NCBI GenBank assembly: GCA_965208615.1
Contig: CBDBPB010000006.1
Span: 220,854-284,853 of the forward strand
Reading direction: 5' to 3'
DNA length: 64,000 nucleotides
Source of the DNA: Spirochaetota bacterium
GTDB lineage: Bacteria > Spirochaetota > UBA6919 > CBDBPB01
Shown here piece by piece: positions 29,365-39,857 of this stretch. The notes under the pieces were generated by a model. That model worked only from the letters and a program-made list of their open reading frames with translations, was not told the DNA's origin and made no database searches. Position 1 is the first letter of the stretch. The number at the start of each line of letters is the position of its first letter. The translations under genes and the position numbers were made by a program.

Positions 29365-30867
29365 ATGCTTAAAACTGCTAATAACATAATTATAGCTTTA
29401 ACTTTGCTTACTAATGTTGCTTATTCTTTTAAAATTAGTGATAACCTTGATATAGTCAAACATTATGAAGCTAAAATTAAAAAGCTTACACTAAAAAATG
29501 GTTTAAGAATAATTATGCTAGAACGTAAAAATCGTAATGCAGTAACTCTAGAAATTAGATATAATGTTGGATCAGCCTATGATAAACCTAACGAAATAGG
29601 AAGTGCACACCTACTAGAGCATATGATGTTTAGAGGGACTAAACAAATTGGCACAAATAACTACCAAAAAGAAAAAACCATATTAAAAAAGATATTCCAA
29701 ACAGGTAATAAAATAGATAGCTTGCAAAAAGCTAAACTTACTAAAAAACTAATACAAAAAATAGATAGCCTAAAAAAGCATTTGTCCGCCTTGCAAAATG
29801 AACATAAAAACTATATAATAAAAAGTAACATAGCAAAGCTATACTACGCAAGTGGTGGTATAGACCTAAATGCTAAAACTAATAAAGACTATACAAAGTA
29901 TAATGTAACTCTGCCTAACGATAAAATAGAACTATGGGCAAATATTGAGTCTGATAGAATGAAAAACCTCGTTTTAAGAGGGTTTTATAAAGAACGTCTT
30001 GTCATAATACAAGAAAGACTTAAAAACTATAAAACTAATAGCTCTAAAAAACTACTAGAGCTATTATCTTATCACTCATATTTAATCCCCCCTTATAAAT
30101 ACTATAGTATAGGCACAACTAAACAAATTAGATATTTAAATCCAGTATTGCTTAAGAGGTTTTATAAAAAGTATTATGTGCCAAATAATGCTATTATATG
30201 TGCAGTTGGCAACTTTGATCAGAATAGCTTTATTAAAATTATTAAAAAATACTTTGCCCATATACCCCCGGGTAAAAAAGCTAAACCGATTAACATTAAA
30301 AAACTAACTAAAAAAAAAGAAATCAGATTTAAACTGTTTAATAAAACTAACTCTATCCTAGCCATAGGCTATCATATTCCCAAAGCAAAACATAATGACT
30401 ATTATAAATTAAGGCTATTAAGATATATTATGGCTCGTCCTTCGAGGTCAGTTTTGTATAAGGCATTAATTAAAAGTCAGTTATGCTATTCTCTTAAGAT
30501 AAGGTTTATACCTGGTATTAGATATTCCCATTTGTTTGTTATAGAGGTAAAACCAAAAAATAAGCCTATTAAGCTTATAAATAAAATAATAGACGATAAC
30601 ATTGATAAGCTAAAAAATACAATAAATAAAGACAGCATAAACTGGGCTAAAACTAAAATGCTCGGTGACTACATAAAACAACTATCCGATGATAGTATAT
30701 TAGCCGATAACCTTATAAAATATGAAAGTATATACAATAACTATAAAGAGTTTTTTAGGCTTAGTGAAAGACTGGATAAGCTAAATCATAAAGATTTATA
30801 TAGGGTTATAACTAAATACTTTATAAAAAGCAATAGAGTTGTTGGACTTTTATATAACAAAAAATGA
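29365..30867 (+). CDS. M16 family zinc metallopeptidase, catalytic subunit
   Basis: Signal peptide; L.NGL, HLLEHMMFRGT (HxxEH), NA.T..D.T.Y, ESDRM, YYVPNN. Confidence 0.9.
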   Translation: MLKTANNIIIALTLLTNVAYSFKISDNLDIVKHYEAKIKKLTLKNGLRIIMLERKNRNAVTLEIRYNVGSAYDKPNEIGSAHLLEHMMFRGTKQIGTNNYQKEKTILKKIFQTGNKIDSLQKAKLTKKLIQKIDSLKKHLSALQNEHKNYIIKSNIAKLYYASGGIDLNAKTNKDYTKYNVTLPNDKIELWANIESDRMKNLVLRGFYKERLVIIQERLKNYKTNSSKKLLELLSYHSYLIPPYKYYSIGTTKQIRYLNPVLLKRFYKKYYVPNNAIICAVGNFDQNSFIKIIKKYFAHIPPGKKAKPINIKKLTKKKEIRFKLFNKTNSILAIGYHIPKAKHNDYYKLRLLRYIMARPSRSVLYKALIKSQLCYSLKIRFIPGIRYSHLFVIEVKPKNKPIKLINKIIDDNIDKLKNTINKDSINWAKTKMLGDYIKQLSDDSILADNLIKYESIYNNYKEFFRLSERLDKLNHKDLYRVITKYFIKSNRVVGLLYNKK

Positions 30868-32201
30868 AGTTAATAATATATATAATAATCATCCAGCTAA
30901 TCTTTATAAAGTGTAATATACAAACTAAAAACCTCAATATATTAAACCACAAACTAACTAAGCAAAAGTTTAAAAAGCCAAAAAGAATTGTCCTAAATAA
31001 CGGACTAATAATATATCTTTTTAAAGATAGAAATAGCCCGCTAATTAAAATGAGAACATATACTAAAGTTGTTTATATGGATAATCACGTTAATAGCCCT
31101 AGGACCAAGCTATTAGGACTAGCTATTAGATCTGATATTATAAATATTACCGATGAAAAACTTAACAAGTTTTTAGACTACTCAAATATTACTATTAACT
31201 CGCTTATTAAAGATAATATTGCCATAATGTCTTTAGTTGGACCTTACAGCAGTAATGTTCACAAAAGTAACTTTATAAAAGCCTCTAATATTTTTGTTAA
31301 ACTTATTCGTTTTCCAAGGCTTGATTATATGCCCTATAAAAAAAGTATCCTAGAGTCAAATAAAAACCCTATCTATATAGCTAATAATAAACTTAAAAAT
31401 ATAATCTTTGCTAATAAAAGTCCACTTATGGATAACCTTAATAAAATAACTAAAAAAGACCTATATAAACTCCATAAGACCAGCTTTATACCAAATAACA
31501 CTATCATAACCATAACTGGTAACTTTGAATATAATAAAATGCTAAAACATATTATAAGTCTGTTTGGAACATGGAAAAAGTCTAATATTAAAAAGGCTCA
31601 CATTAAATATAAAGCCGTTTATAATACCCCTAAAAAGCCTTATCACTTCTTTTATAAAGATATTGAACAAAATATTATTGCTATTGGTGCAAAGTTAGTC
31701 CGCTTACCCCATAAGGATTATTACTCCTTACTGCTAATTAATGAGATATTAGCTAATGCACCTCTTTCTAATAGGCTTTTTAATAGGCTAAGGGATGATT
31801 ATGGATTGGTATATTATATTAAATCGAAATTATTATTAAATAGTTTTTCTGATGGATTACTAACTATTTATACAGAGGCAAATAAAGATCATACAATAAA
31901 GATTGTTTATGAGAGTATAAAGGTCATTAAAGAGCTTATTGATAAAGGATTAACAAAAAAAGAATTAAACTTTTTTAAAATAAGCTTTTTAAACTCCCTT
32001 AGGGTCAGGCTAAACTACCCACATGAACTACTACACTTTTATGCTTTACACGAGCTATACGGGTTCTCTAATAACTTTTTATATGAGCTTATTTATAAAA
32101 TAAATAATCTAACATCAAAAGACATACAGCAAGTTATAAAAAAATACCTAAACCCTAACTACTTATTCATTATAATAATAGGTAAAAAAGTCAAACTTTA
32201 G
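30864..32201 (+). CDS. M16 family peptidase, non-catalytic partner subunit
   Basis: LNNGL, PNN....TG and RL...LR...GLVY (R/Y pair); no HxxEH; ATGA overlap with the upstream gene. Confidence 0.82.
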   Translation: MKLIIYIIIIQLIFIKCNIQTKNLNILNHKLTKQKFKKPKRIVLNNGLIIYLFKDRNSPLIKMRTYTKVVYMDNHVNSPRTKLLGLAIRSDIINITDEKLNKFLDYSNITINSLIKDNIAIMSLVGPYSSNVHKSNFIKASNIFVKLIRFPRLDYMPYKKSILESNKNPIYIANNKLKNIIFANKSPLMDNLNKITKKDLYKLHKTSFIPNNTIITITGNFEYNKMLKHIISLFGTWKKSNIKKAHIKYKAVYNTPKKPYHFFYKDIEQNIIAIGAKLVRLPHKDYYSLLLINEILANAPLSNRLFNRLRDDYGLVYYIKSKLLLNSFSDGLLTIYTEANKDHTIKIVYESIKVIKELIDKGLTKKELNFFKISFLNSLRVRLNYPHELLHFYALHELYGFSNNFLYELIYKINNLTSKDIQQVIKKYLNPNYLFIIIIGKKVKL

Positions 32202-32312
32202 CAATTCTTTTTTTAATAGATTATCATTATGGTAGTATTATAATTAAACCTAAATCCAATAGTAGTTTTTATATTATAAAATTACTTAATAAAAAAAACT
32301 CCTTAATAATAT

Positions 32313-32339
32313 TAAGCCATTTTTTGCTAACTCCGATAA
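32313..32339 (+). promoter_or_regulatory. Putative sigma28 (FliA) promoter
   Basis: TAAG-N15-TCCGATAA versus consensus TAAA-N15-GCCGATAA. Confidence 0.55.
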
Positions 32340-32378
32340 AAATAAATAATATAGGGTAACCTAATTTGGAGCAATAAA

Positions 32379-33314
32379 TTGAAACTAATTATCGGTCTTT
32401 TAATAATTCTAAACTTAACTTTAACGTCTAACTTATACCCCCAAAATAATAATAACCTTAAATGCTTTCTTAGGGTTAAAAAAAGTAGCTACATAGTAGG
32501 TGAGGATATTATAATAGACTTTCTAATACAGAATATAAGCGATAACTCTGTTAGACTTAAACTCTCAGACTATCTACCTTTTAACTTTTCTTTTTTAATA
32601 AAGTCTAATAAAAATCAAGTGGTAAATGAAAGAAATCAGTTCTACCTTGTTAAAACGGATAAGAAAAAAAATAAAACTGCTAATACCCTTGTTCTTAGAA
32701 AAAAAGAATTTTATGGTGCATCATTTCTTATAAAAAATAACTATCAGCTGGATAAACCAGGACAATATTTAATACAAGGTTTTTTTAATCCAGTACCAAA
32801 AAATATACGTCCTGGAGTTCAGTTAAAAACTCAGGTAATACAAATAGAAGTTAGGGATATACTACAAAATAAAGAAAACTTTAACAAAAAACTAACTAAT
32901 AATAATATAACTGAAAAGATTAAAAATCCATACGAAACAATAAACTTTATGCTGAATGCAAGAAAAAATACAAACTGGATAAGTTATTTTAAGTATATAG
33001 ACCTATACCAGCTAATAAAACAATATCCCAGGTTTTATAAGCGATATAAATCCATAAAACCGAGTAAGAGAGAACCTATTATAAACGAGTTTAAAGAATA
33101 CTTAAAACATTATCATAGTGAAATTGGTTATAAAAAGTTTAAAGAATATAAAGTTTATAAATCTGTAATAGAAAATGAAAATAAAAAAGCTAAAATATTT
33201 ACTATTCTAACCTTTACAGGGAATGGCATAACCTATATTAGAAAGTATATTTTTTATCTTTATCAAAGAAATGATTTATGGTATTTATATACATTTAAAG
33301 TTCAGAATCAATAA
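32379..33314 (+). CDS. Exported hypothetical protein, spirochaete-type
   Basis: TTG start with GGAG RBS; signal peptide; beta-rich N-domain and helical/beta C-domain. Confidence 0.8.
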   Translation: MKLIIGLLIILNLTLTSNLYPQNNNNLKCFLRVKKSSYIVGEDIIIDFLIQNISDNSVRLKLSDYLPFNFSFLIKSNKNQVVNERNQFYLVKTDKKKNKTANTLVLRKKEFYGASFLIKNNYQLDKPGQYLIQGFFNPVPKNIRPGVQLKTQVIQIEVRDILQNKENFNKKLTNNNITEKIKNPYETINFMLNARKNTNWISYFKYIDLYQLIKQYPRFYKRYKSIKPSKREPIINEFKEYLKHYHSEIGYKKFKEYKVYKSVIENENKKAKIFTILTFTGNGITYIRKYIFYLYQRNDLWYLYTFKVQNQ

Positions 33315-33317
33315 ATA

Positions 33318-35117
33318 TTATTCGTATTTATTGCTTAAGTTATCCAAAACATAATCCAAATATTTAGATATATTCTGTGTATTCTTAAGTAAGATATTTG
33401 CATATAGTTGTTTAGAAAACTCATCCTTTTTAGCTTTTCTAAAGTACCAAAGATCTTCTTTTTTGTATAATAGATTTATAAAGTTAAAATTATTTTCCAG
33501 TTCTTTTTTTGCATTTAAGACGTTTTGTTCTTCAATGGATGCCTTATCTAACTCTTTTATTAAAACGTTAAAAAAGTCCTTTAGCTTATAATTAAGACTT
33601 TTATAATATTCACTAAAATCCTTTAACATATAAGGCTTTATAGGTATACTATAAAATACTGAGTTAATTAGTTTAGACTTTTCCTGACTAAGAAATCGAT
33701 TATTAAAATATTTATCCATGTCAATATGCCTTACACCTGTTATTGGAAAATAATTAGCTCCCCCGTTAAGCAATAGATCATTATGTATAGATGTATACTG
33801 ACAAAGCCATTCATTTAGATTTTTTAAAATAAAGTCGGTCTTTAATAGCGGCTTATTACTTATTGTTATTGGCTTTCTTTTTTGTACTACTCTATAAAAC
33901 AGCTGGTTTATGCTGTTAAACTTATCGCTATAGTTATAAAGAAAATTATTATATATTGGAGAGGATATAGAATGACTTATATCATTGGGATAGCTTAAAT
34001 CTTGTCCCACTAAGATAATTGGATTGCATCCTAATAGTCGTCCAATTTCTATAGCTGTAACCGATACAGAACTACCAGCTAATAGACTATCTATTTTAAG
34101 GTTAGCCTTATTACTTATCCACTCCAAAAATGGATGTGTTTTATTATAGTCATAAACAGATGTAAAATAAAAGGCCCTATTTTTGTTTATAAACTTTGGG
34201 ATCTTATGATGAACCATTAAGTCATATATTAGATTAACTTTATTCTTGCCAATTGTTAAAAAGTCTTTAAAGTTGTGAAATTGAGCGTCAATGGATATAA
34301 CAAAATCTGGAATTATATTCGCCTCCAGCAACGAGGATAAGGCTGTATCAGTTGATATTATTATCATTTTATGCTGGTTATGTCTAATCTGGTTTATATA
34401 AAACCCTAAAGATGGACCAGCTGACACTATTAAAGCCGTAATACAACTAAACTTATTAAATAACAGTCTAATAGGTTGATGGTTAAATAGATTCAGTGAA
34501 TTTAAAATATAATTTTTAAACCATAGTCTTTCAAACTCTAAAGCAGTAAACTGATTTTGGAATTGTTGCTCTATTAAACCCTTTGCTAAATATAGCTTAT
34601 GATTGTAGTCGTTTTTAAATAAGCTATACTCACTTTTTAGATATATAATCGCCATTCCCTTAATACACTCAGCCTTTAGGGATGTTAGATTGTTTATAAA
34701 AACATTACTAAACTTTTCTCCTACATTAAGATAAACCCTCTTATCCTCAAGGAAAGACAAATTACAGTGGTAAAATGCCGATGTAAATATATCATAACTA
34801 TGTTCAAATATCAAAATCGAACAGTCATGATCCTCTATCTGCTTAATCAGCTCCGCTATATGATATCCATAACCCAGCCCTATAACGATAATAAGGTTTA
34901 GCTTTTTTTTGTCATTAAGGCATATAATCCTTTTTGCCTCTTTAAGTGGATCATAAGGACTATGTATATATTTATTTTTATAAACAAGTATAGGATAGTT
35001 TGTTTTTGAGGTTATAGGCCCAATAACATTATTAGATAAATAATTTAATAAAGACTGCCATCCCCTATTAATAATTATATCAAGGTTTTTTTTATAGTAG
35101 TAGGTTTTATTGTTCAT
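33318..35117 (-). CDS. Motility-associated factor (Maf/DUF115) glycosyltransferase
   Basis: HSPYDP.KEA, GLGYGYH, SAGPSL, IIPDFV.SID, GSSVS, LG..PIILVGQDLSY. Confidence 0.87.
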   Translation of the reverse strand: MNNKTYYYKKNLDIIINRGWQSLLNYLSNNVIGPITSKTNYPILVYKNKYIHSPYDPLKEAKRIICLNDKKKLNLIIVIGLGYGYHIAELIKQIEDHDCSILIFEHSYDIFTSAFYHCNLSFLEDKRVYLNVGEKFSNVFINNLTSLKAECIKGMAIIYLKSEYSLFKNDYNHKLYLAKGLIEQQFQNQFTALEFERLWFKNYILNSLNLFNHQPIRLLFNKFSCITALIVSAGPSLGFYINQIRHNQHKMIIISTDTALSSLLEANIIPDFVISIDAQFHNFKDFLTIGKNKVNLIYDLMVHHKIPKFINKNRAFYFTSVYDYNKTHPFLEWISNKANLKIDSLLAGSSVSVTAIEIGRLLGCNPIILVGQDLSYPNDISHSISSPIYNNFLYNYSDKFNSINQLFYRVVQKRKPITISNKPLLKTDFILKNLNEWLCQYTSIHNDLLLNGGANYFPITGVRHIDMDKYFNNRFLSQEKSKLINSVFYSIPIKPYMLKDFSEYYKSLNYKLKDFFNVLIKELDKASIEEQNVLNAKKELENNFNFINLLYKKEDLWYFRKAKKDEFSKQLYANILLKNTQNISKYLDYVLDNLSNKYE

Positions 35118-35130
35118 TAGGCATAATTGG

Positions 35131-36672
35131 CTACTTTTCTAATTTGTTAATAATAATATTAACCATTTTTTCAGTTGCCTCAATGGCAGACAATAGCTGG
35201 TCAGAGTCAACACCAATAGTACGTATACCATTATCCCAGGTTATGCTGGTATGAACAAGTGCATCAGTCCTGCCCCCCGGGGGGATTATTACTAAATAGT
35301 CTTGTAATTTTGGTAGTTCTAAATTAATGTCAGAGCCTATTTTTCTTATAGCCTTCATAAACGCATCATAACCACCATCGCCTGATGACATCTTCTGTAT
35401 TTCATTATTCTTATAGCTTACCAAAACAGTTGCCATTGGCTTTAAATTAGTACTGGTTACCACAACGCATGACTTTATCCTAAAAAGACTTGTCATAGGA
35501 GTTTTTAAAACATCAGATACAATATAAGGTAGGTCATCTTCTGTTATGGTAGTTTTTTTATCACCGAGTTCGATAATCTTTTTTAATACTCTATTTTTTT
35601 GTTCATCGTTTAGAGTGATATCTAGCTTAGCAAGGTTATTATCTAAACTCGCCTTACCAGATAGCTTTCCAAGAGCATAACTACGACTACGATAACCAAA
35701 CCTATCTGAGTTTATAGATAAAGGATTTGCATATAAATCACCTTTTTTATCGCCGTCAGCATGTAGTCCAGCGGTTTGAGTAAAGACGTTTTCACCTAAA
35801 ATAGGTTTATTCACATGAAGCCTCAAACCAGAAAATATCTCTACCTCTTTGCTTATCTTACTAATAATTCTTTCGTTAATCCCATTATTTACTTTTAAAA
35901 AATCATTCATCCCAACAATAACCTCTTCCATAGCAGAATTACCAGCACGCTCTCCCATACCGTTTATAGTCAAATGTACTCCCGCTACTCCCCCTTCAAT
36001 TGAAGAAAGAGTATTAGCAGTAGCTAATCCATAGTCATTATGGCCGTGAAACTCAAAGTGCATATTTGGATAACTAACTACTAACTCTTTAAAAAACTTA
36101 TTAGTCTCAGTAGGATACAGTATTCCAAGGGTATCAGGCAACATATACCTTTTAATGGCAGTGTCTTTTAGACTGTCTAACAAATAATAAACATAATCCG
36201 GACTATACTTCATACCGTTAGACCAGTCCTCAAAATAAATATTTACAAATACCCCTTTACTAGAGGCATATTCTACAGTTTTTTTAATATCCTCAACATG
36301 CTGTTCTTTAGTTTTACGTAGTTGATATTCAAGATGATTCATAGACCCTTTAGAAAGGAGATTTAATACCCTACCCCCTATACTCGTTATCCAGTCTACT
36401 GACTTTTTATAATCAACAAATCCCAAAATCTCTATACGGTCTAAAAGATTCTTATTAGTACTATCCTTTTTAATAGCCCACTCAATAATCCCTTTAGCAG
36501 ACTTACGCTCTCCTTCAGATACCCTAGCACTGGTTATCTCAACACGATCAACGTTTAACTCACACAAAAGAATCTTCGCAAGAGAGAGCTTTTCATGAGG
36601 CGTATAGGATACATTTCTCATTTGCTCTCCATCTCTTAAAGTAGTATCCAAAACTTCTATATATTCTTTCAT
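35131..36672 (-). CDS. cimA: (R)-citramalate synthase, Leptospira-type
   Basis: DTTLRDGEQ, VDRVEI.SARVS, EDWSNG, HGHNDY, TQTAG.HADGDKK, YALGK, IPPGG.TDAL. Confidence 0.88.
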   Translation of the reverse strand: MKEYIEVLDTTLRDGEQMRNVSYTPHEKLSLAKILLCELNVDRVEITSARVSEGERKSAKGIIEWAIKKDSTNKNLLDRIEILGFVDYKKSVDWITSIGGRVLNLLSKGSMNHLEYQLRKTKEQHVEDIKKTVEYASSKGVFVNIYFEDWSNGMKYSPDYVYYLLDSLKDTAIKRYMLPDTLGILYPTETNKFFKELVVSYPNMHFEFHGHNDYGLATANTLSSIEGGVAGVHLTINGMGERAGNSAMEEVIVGMNDFLKVNNGINERIISKISKEVEIFSGLRLHVNKPILGENVFTQTAGLHADGDKKGDLYANPLSINSDRFGYRSRSYALGKLSGKASLDNNLAKLDITLNDEQKNRVLKKIIELGDKKTTITEDDLPYIVSDVLKTPMTSLFRIKSCVVVTSTNLKPMATVLVSYKNNEIQKMSSGDGGYDAFMKAIRKIGSDINLELPKLQDYLVIIPPGGRTDALVHTSITWDNGIRTIGVDSDQLLSAIEATEKMVNIIINKLEK

Positions 36673-36982
36673 AAAAAAACCTTTTAGTATATTTAAATAT
36701 TTTAATTAAATCTTATTAGTAAAACATCTCTTAAAACTATATCTTATGTAAAGATCCTATATTTGCTGTTTATTAGTGTTATAACTTTTACTAAAAAACA
36801 CTATCTAAAAAAATATCAAATGTTTTAGCTTTTTTATAATTTTATTTTTTTTTATCAAAAAAAATAATTTCTTTGCCCTAAATTTTAGATAAATTTCATA
36901 TACACTTTAGAGTTTGAATGCCTAAATCATCTTAAAACGCTTTTACAATAATTTATTAAAACCTTTATACATAGGAATATAT

Positions 36983-37972
36983 ATGGATGATCTAACTTAT
37001 AAGTCAAGTGGTGTGGATATTAATGCTGGTAATAAAGCTGTTAACATGATAAAACCAATAGTAAAAAAAACCTTTAAAGAAGGAGTACTTACTGATATAG
37101 GCGGTTTTGGCGGACTATTTAAACTTAATACTAAAAAGTATAAAGAACCTGTTTTAGTTAGTGGAACTGATGGCGTTGGTACTAAAATTAAAATTGCTTT
37201 TGAAGCTGATATCCATAATACCATTGGTATAGACCTTGTAGCTATGTGTGTTAATGATATTATAACCTCTGGAGCTGAGCCTTTATTCTTTTTGGACTAT
37301 TTAGCTGTTAATAAACTTAATCCCAATAAAATATCTAATATTATATCCGGCATTGCTGAGGGATGCAAACAAGCAGATATGGCATTAATCGGCGGTGAGA
37401 CCGCTGAAATGACTGATATATATAAAAATAATGAATATGATATAGCTGGCTTTGCCGTTGGAGTAGTGGATAAACCTAATATAATTGACGGTTCTAATAT
37501 TTGTTTTGGGGATAAGATAATTGGTTTATGGTCAAATGGTTTTCATAGCAATGGATATTCCCTAATCCGTAATGTTTTATTTAAGAAAAATAAATATAAG
37601 ATAGATCAACAAATCACCCAGTTTAACCGCTCAATAAAAGATATTTTACTTGCTCCCACTAAAATATATTATAATACTATTAAAAAGATTTCTAAATTAG
37701 TTAATATCAAGGGGATCGCTCATATAACTGGAGGAGGGTTTTTAGAAAACATTAATAGAATAATTCCCGAAAACCTTAGCATAAAAAGATTTGATTGGAA
37801 TATCCCCCCTATATTTACTTGGATACAAGGTCTTGGTAATATTACTGATAGCGAAATGCATAGAGTTTTTAATATGGGAATAGGAATGGCATTAGTTTTA
37901 TCCAATAGTGATGCTAAAAAGATTATTGACAGCGTTGATGGGGTTATTGTTGGCGAGGTTATAAAAAATTAA
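36983..37972 (+). CDS. purM: Phosphoribosylformylglycinamidine cyclo-ligase
   Basis: GGFGG, TDGVGTK, GGETAEM, HSNGYSL, HITGGG, FNMGIG. Confidence 0.97.
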   Translation: MDDLTYKSSGVDINAGNKAVNMIKPIVKKTFKEGVLTDIGGFGGLFKLNTKKYKEPVLVSGTDGVGTKIKIAFEADIHNTIGIDLVAMCVNDIITSGAEPLFFLDYLAVNKLNPNKISNIISGIAEGCKQADMALIGGETAEMTDIYKNNEYDIAGFAVGVVDKPNIIDGSNICFGDKIIGLWSNGFHSNGYSLIRNVLFKKNKYKIDQQITQFNRSIKDILLAPTKIYYNTIKKISKLVNIKGIAHITGGGFLENINRIIPENLSIKRFDWNIPPIFTWIQGLGNITDSEMHRVFNMGIGMALVLSNSDAKKIIDSVDGVIVGEVIKN

Positions 37973-37993
37973 TTAATATAATTTGGAGAGCTT

Positions 37994-39268
37994 ATGAAAG
38001 TCTTTGTAATTGGAAGTGGGGGAAGAGAACATGCACTTATTGATACCATAACTCGCTCTAAGAGGGTAAGTAAAATATACGCTGCACCTGGTAATGGGGG
38101 AATATCTAGCTCAGTTAGTTGCGTTGACATTAAAGTTGATGATATTGATAAGCTTAAAACATTTGCTATAAATAATAAAATAGACTGGGTAGTAATAGGA
38201 CCTGAATATCCCCTAACCCTTGGACTATCAGATGAGTTACGTAAAGCTGGTATTAAAACTTTTGGCGTAAGTAAACAGGCATCCATGCTCGAGGCTAGTA
38301 AGTCTTTTGCTAAGGGTATATTAAAGAAATATAAAATCCCCTCTGCTGGTTATGAGGTTTTTGATAGCTATGATAATGCCATTGCTTATATTAGTAATAT
38401 CACTTTCCCAACAGTGATTAAGGCTAATGGCTTAGCCGCAGGAAAGGGAGTTTATATTTGTCATAATCTGGATGAGGCTAAAACTGCACTAAATGATATT
38501 TTTATTATTAAGAAGTTCTCCACTGCCGGGGATAAGGTCGTGATAGAGGATTTCCTTATAGGAAAAGAAATATCTGCCTTTGCGTTTACAGATGGTAATA
38601 GTGTAATTCCATTAATATATGCCCAAGACTACAAAAAAATATATGATAACGATAAAGGACCAAACACTGGTGGAATGGGATGTTATACCCCTGTATCATT
38701 TATGACAAAAGAACTACAAAATAAAGTTCTTAAAACTGTACTAGAGCCAACTATTAGAGCTATGAACTCTGAGGGTATATTGTATCAAGGTATTTTATAT
38801 GCTGGGCTTATGATCGATAATTATAATAATATTAAAGTATTAGAGTTCAACGTTCGTTTTGGAGATCCAGAAGCACAGGTTATACTAACTCTTTTAAACT
38901 CTGATATTATTGGTATATTTGAAGCTATACATAATAAAACTCTTCACAAAGAAAAAATTATTTGGCAGAATAAAAAAGCTATATGCGTTGTATTAGCTTC
39001 TAAAGGCTATCCTGGCAGTTATACTACTGGATATCCTATTAGTGGCCTTAGTGATTGCAATAAAATTGAGGGGATTAAGATATTGCATGCTGGAACTAAA
39101 AAAGATAATAATAATATTATTACATCAGGTGGACGAGTTTTAAATGTAGTGGCCATAGGGGATAGTTTTGAAAATATATATAAAAATGTCTATAAAGCTG
39201 TTGATACTATTAAATTCGATAATAAGGTTTTCCGTAGGGATATTGCATATAGAGAGCTTAAAGATTAA
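37994..39268 (+). CDS. purD: Phosphoribosylamine--glycine ligase
   Basis: GSGGREHA, APGNGG, GLAAGKGV, GPNTGGMG, EFNVRFGDPE, TSGGRVL. Confidence 0.97.
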   Translation: MKVFVIGSGGREHALIDTITRSKRVSKIYAAPGNGGISSSVSCVDIKVDDIDKLKTFAINNKIDWVVIGPEYPLTLGLSDELRKAGIKTFGVSKQASMLEASKSFAKGILKKYKIPSAGYEVFDSYDNAIAYISNITFPTVIKANGLAAGKGVYICHNLDEAKTALNDIFIIKKFSTAGDKVVIEDFLIGKEISAFAFTDGNSVIPLIYAQDYKKIYDNDKGPNTGGMGCYTPVSFMTKELQNKVLKTVLEPTIRAMNSEGILYQGILYAGLMIDNYNNIKVLEFNVRFGDPEAQVILTLLNSDIIGIFEAIHNKTLHKEKIIWQNKKAICVVLASKGYPGSYTTGYPISGLSDCNKIEGIKILHAGTKKDNNNIITSGGRVLNVVAIGDSFENIYKNVYKAVDTIKFDNKVFRRDIAYRELKD

Positions 39269-39307
39269 TAAGCAAATCTTTTTATAAGTTTTTATAAGGG
39301 GGATAAA

Positions 39308-39835
39308 TTGACAAAAACACCGTTAGTTGGAATTGTTATGGGTAGCGATTCTGATTTAATCATTATGAAAGAAGCGTCTATCATATTAGAGGACTTTGAT
39401 ATAGCTCATGAGATTACTATACTATCTGCTCATCGTACTGCTGATTTATTAGCCGACTACATAAAAGAGGCAAATAATACTTTTGAGGTAATAATTGCTG
39501 GTGCAGGTGCAGCAGCACACCTTCCAGGAGTTATAGCCTCTCATACAACCCTACCCGTTATTGGAGTACCTATTAACTCTAGCGTCCTTAATGGTATTGA
39601 TAGTCTTTATGCTATTGTACAAATGCCATCTGGAATACCAGTTAGCACTATGGCTATTGGTAAGGCTGGTGCCATAAACTCGGCTATTTATGCCGCACAA
39701 ATATTGGGCATTAAACATAAAGATATTAGAAATAGAATAGTAGAATACAGAAAAAAGCTTAGCTCATCTGTGATTAAGAAATCTGAAGAGCTTAAATCTA
39801 TTGGCTGGAGAAAGTATTTAGCTAAAAAAAGCTAG
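39308..39835 (+). CDS. purE: N5-CAIR mutase
   Basis: MGSDSD, SAHRT, AGAGAAAHLPG, PVIGVP, VQMPSGIPV. Confidence 0.97.
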   Translation: MTKTPLVGIVMGSDSDLIIMKEASIILEDFDIAHEITILSAHRTADLLADYIKEANNTFEVIIAGAGAAAHLPGVIASHTTLPVIGVPINSSVLNGIDSLYAIVQMPSGIPVSTMAIGKAGAINSAIYAAQILGIKHKDIRNRIVEYRKKLSSSVIKKSEELKSIGWRKYLAKKS

Positions 39836-39857
39836 GAATCCTGTATAGTACTATTTA

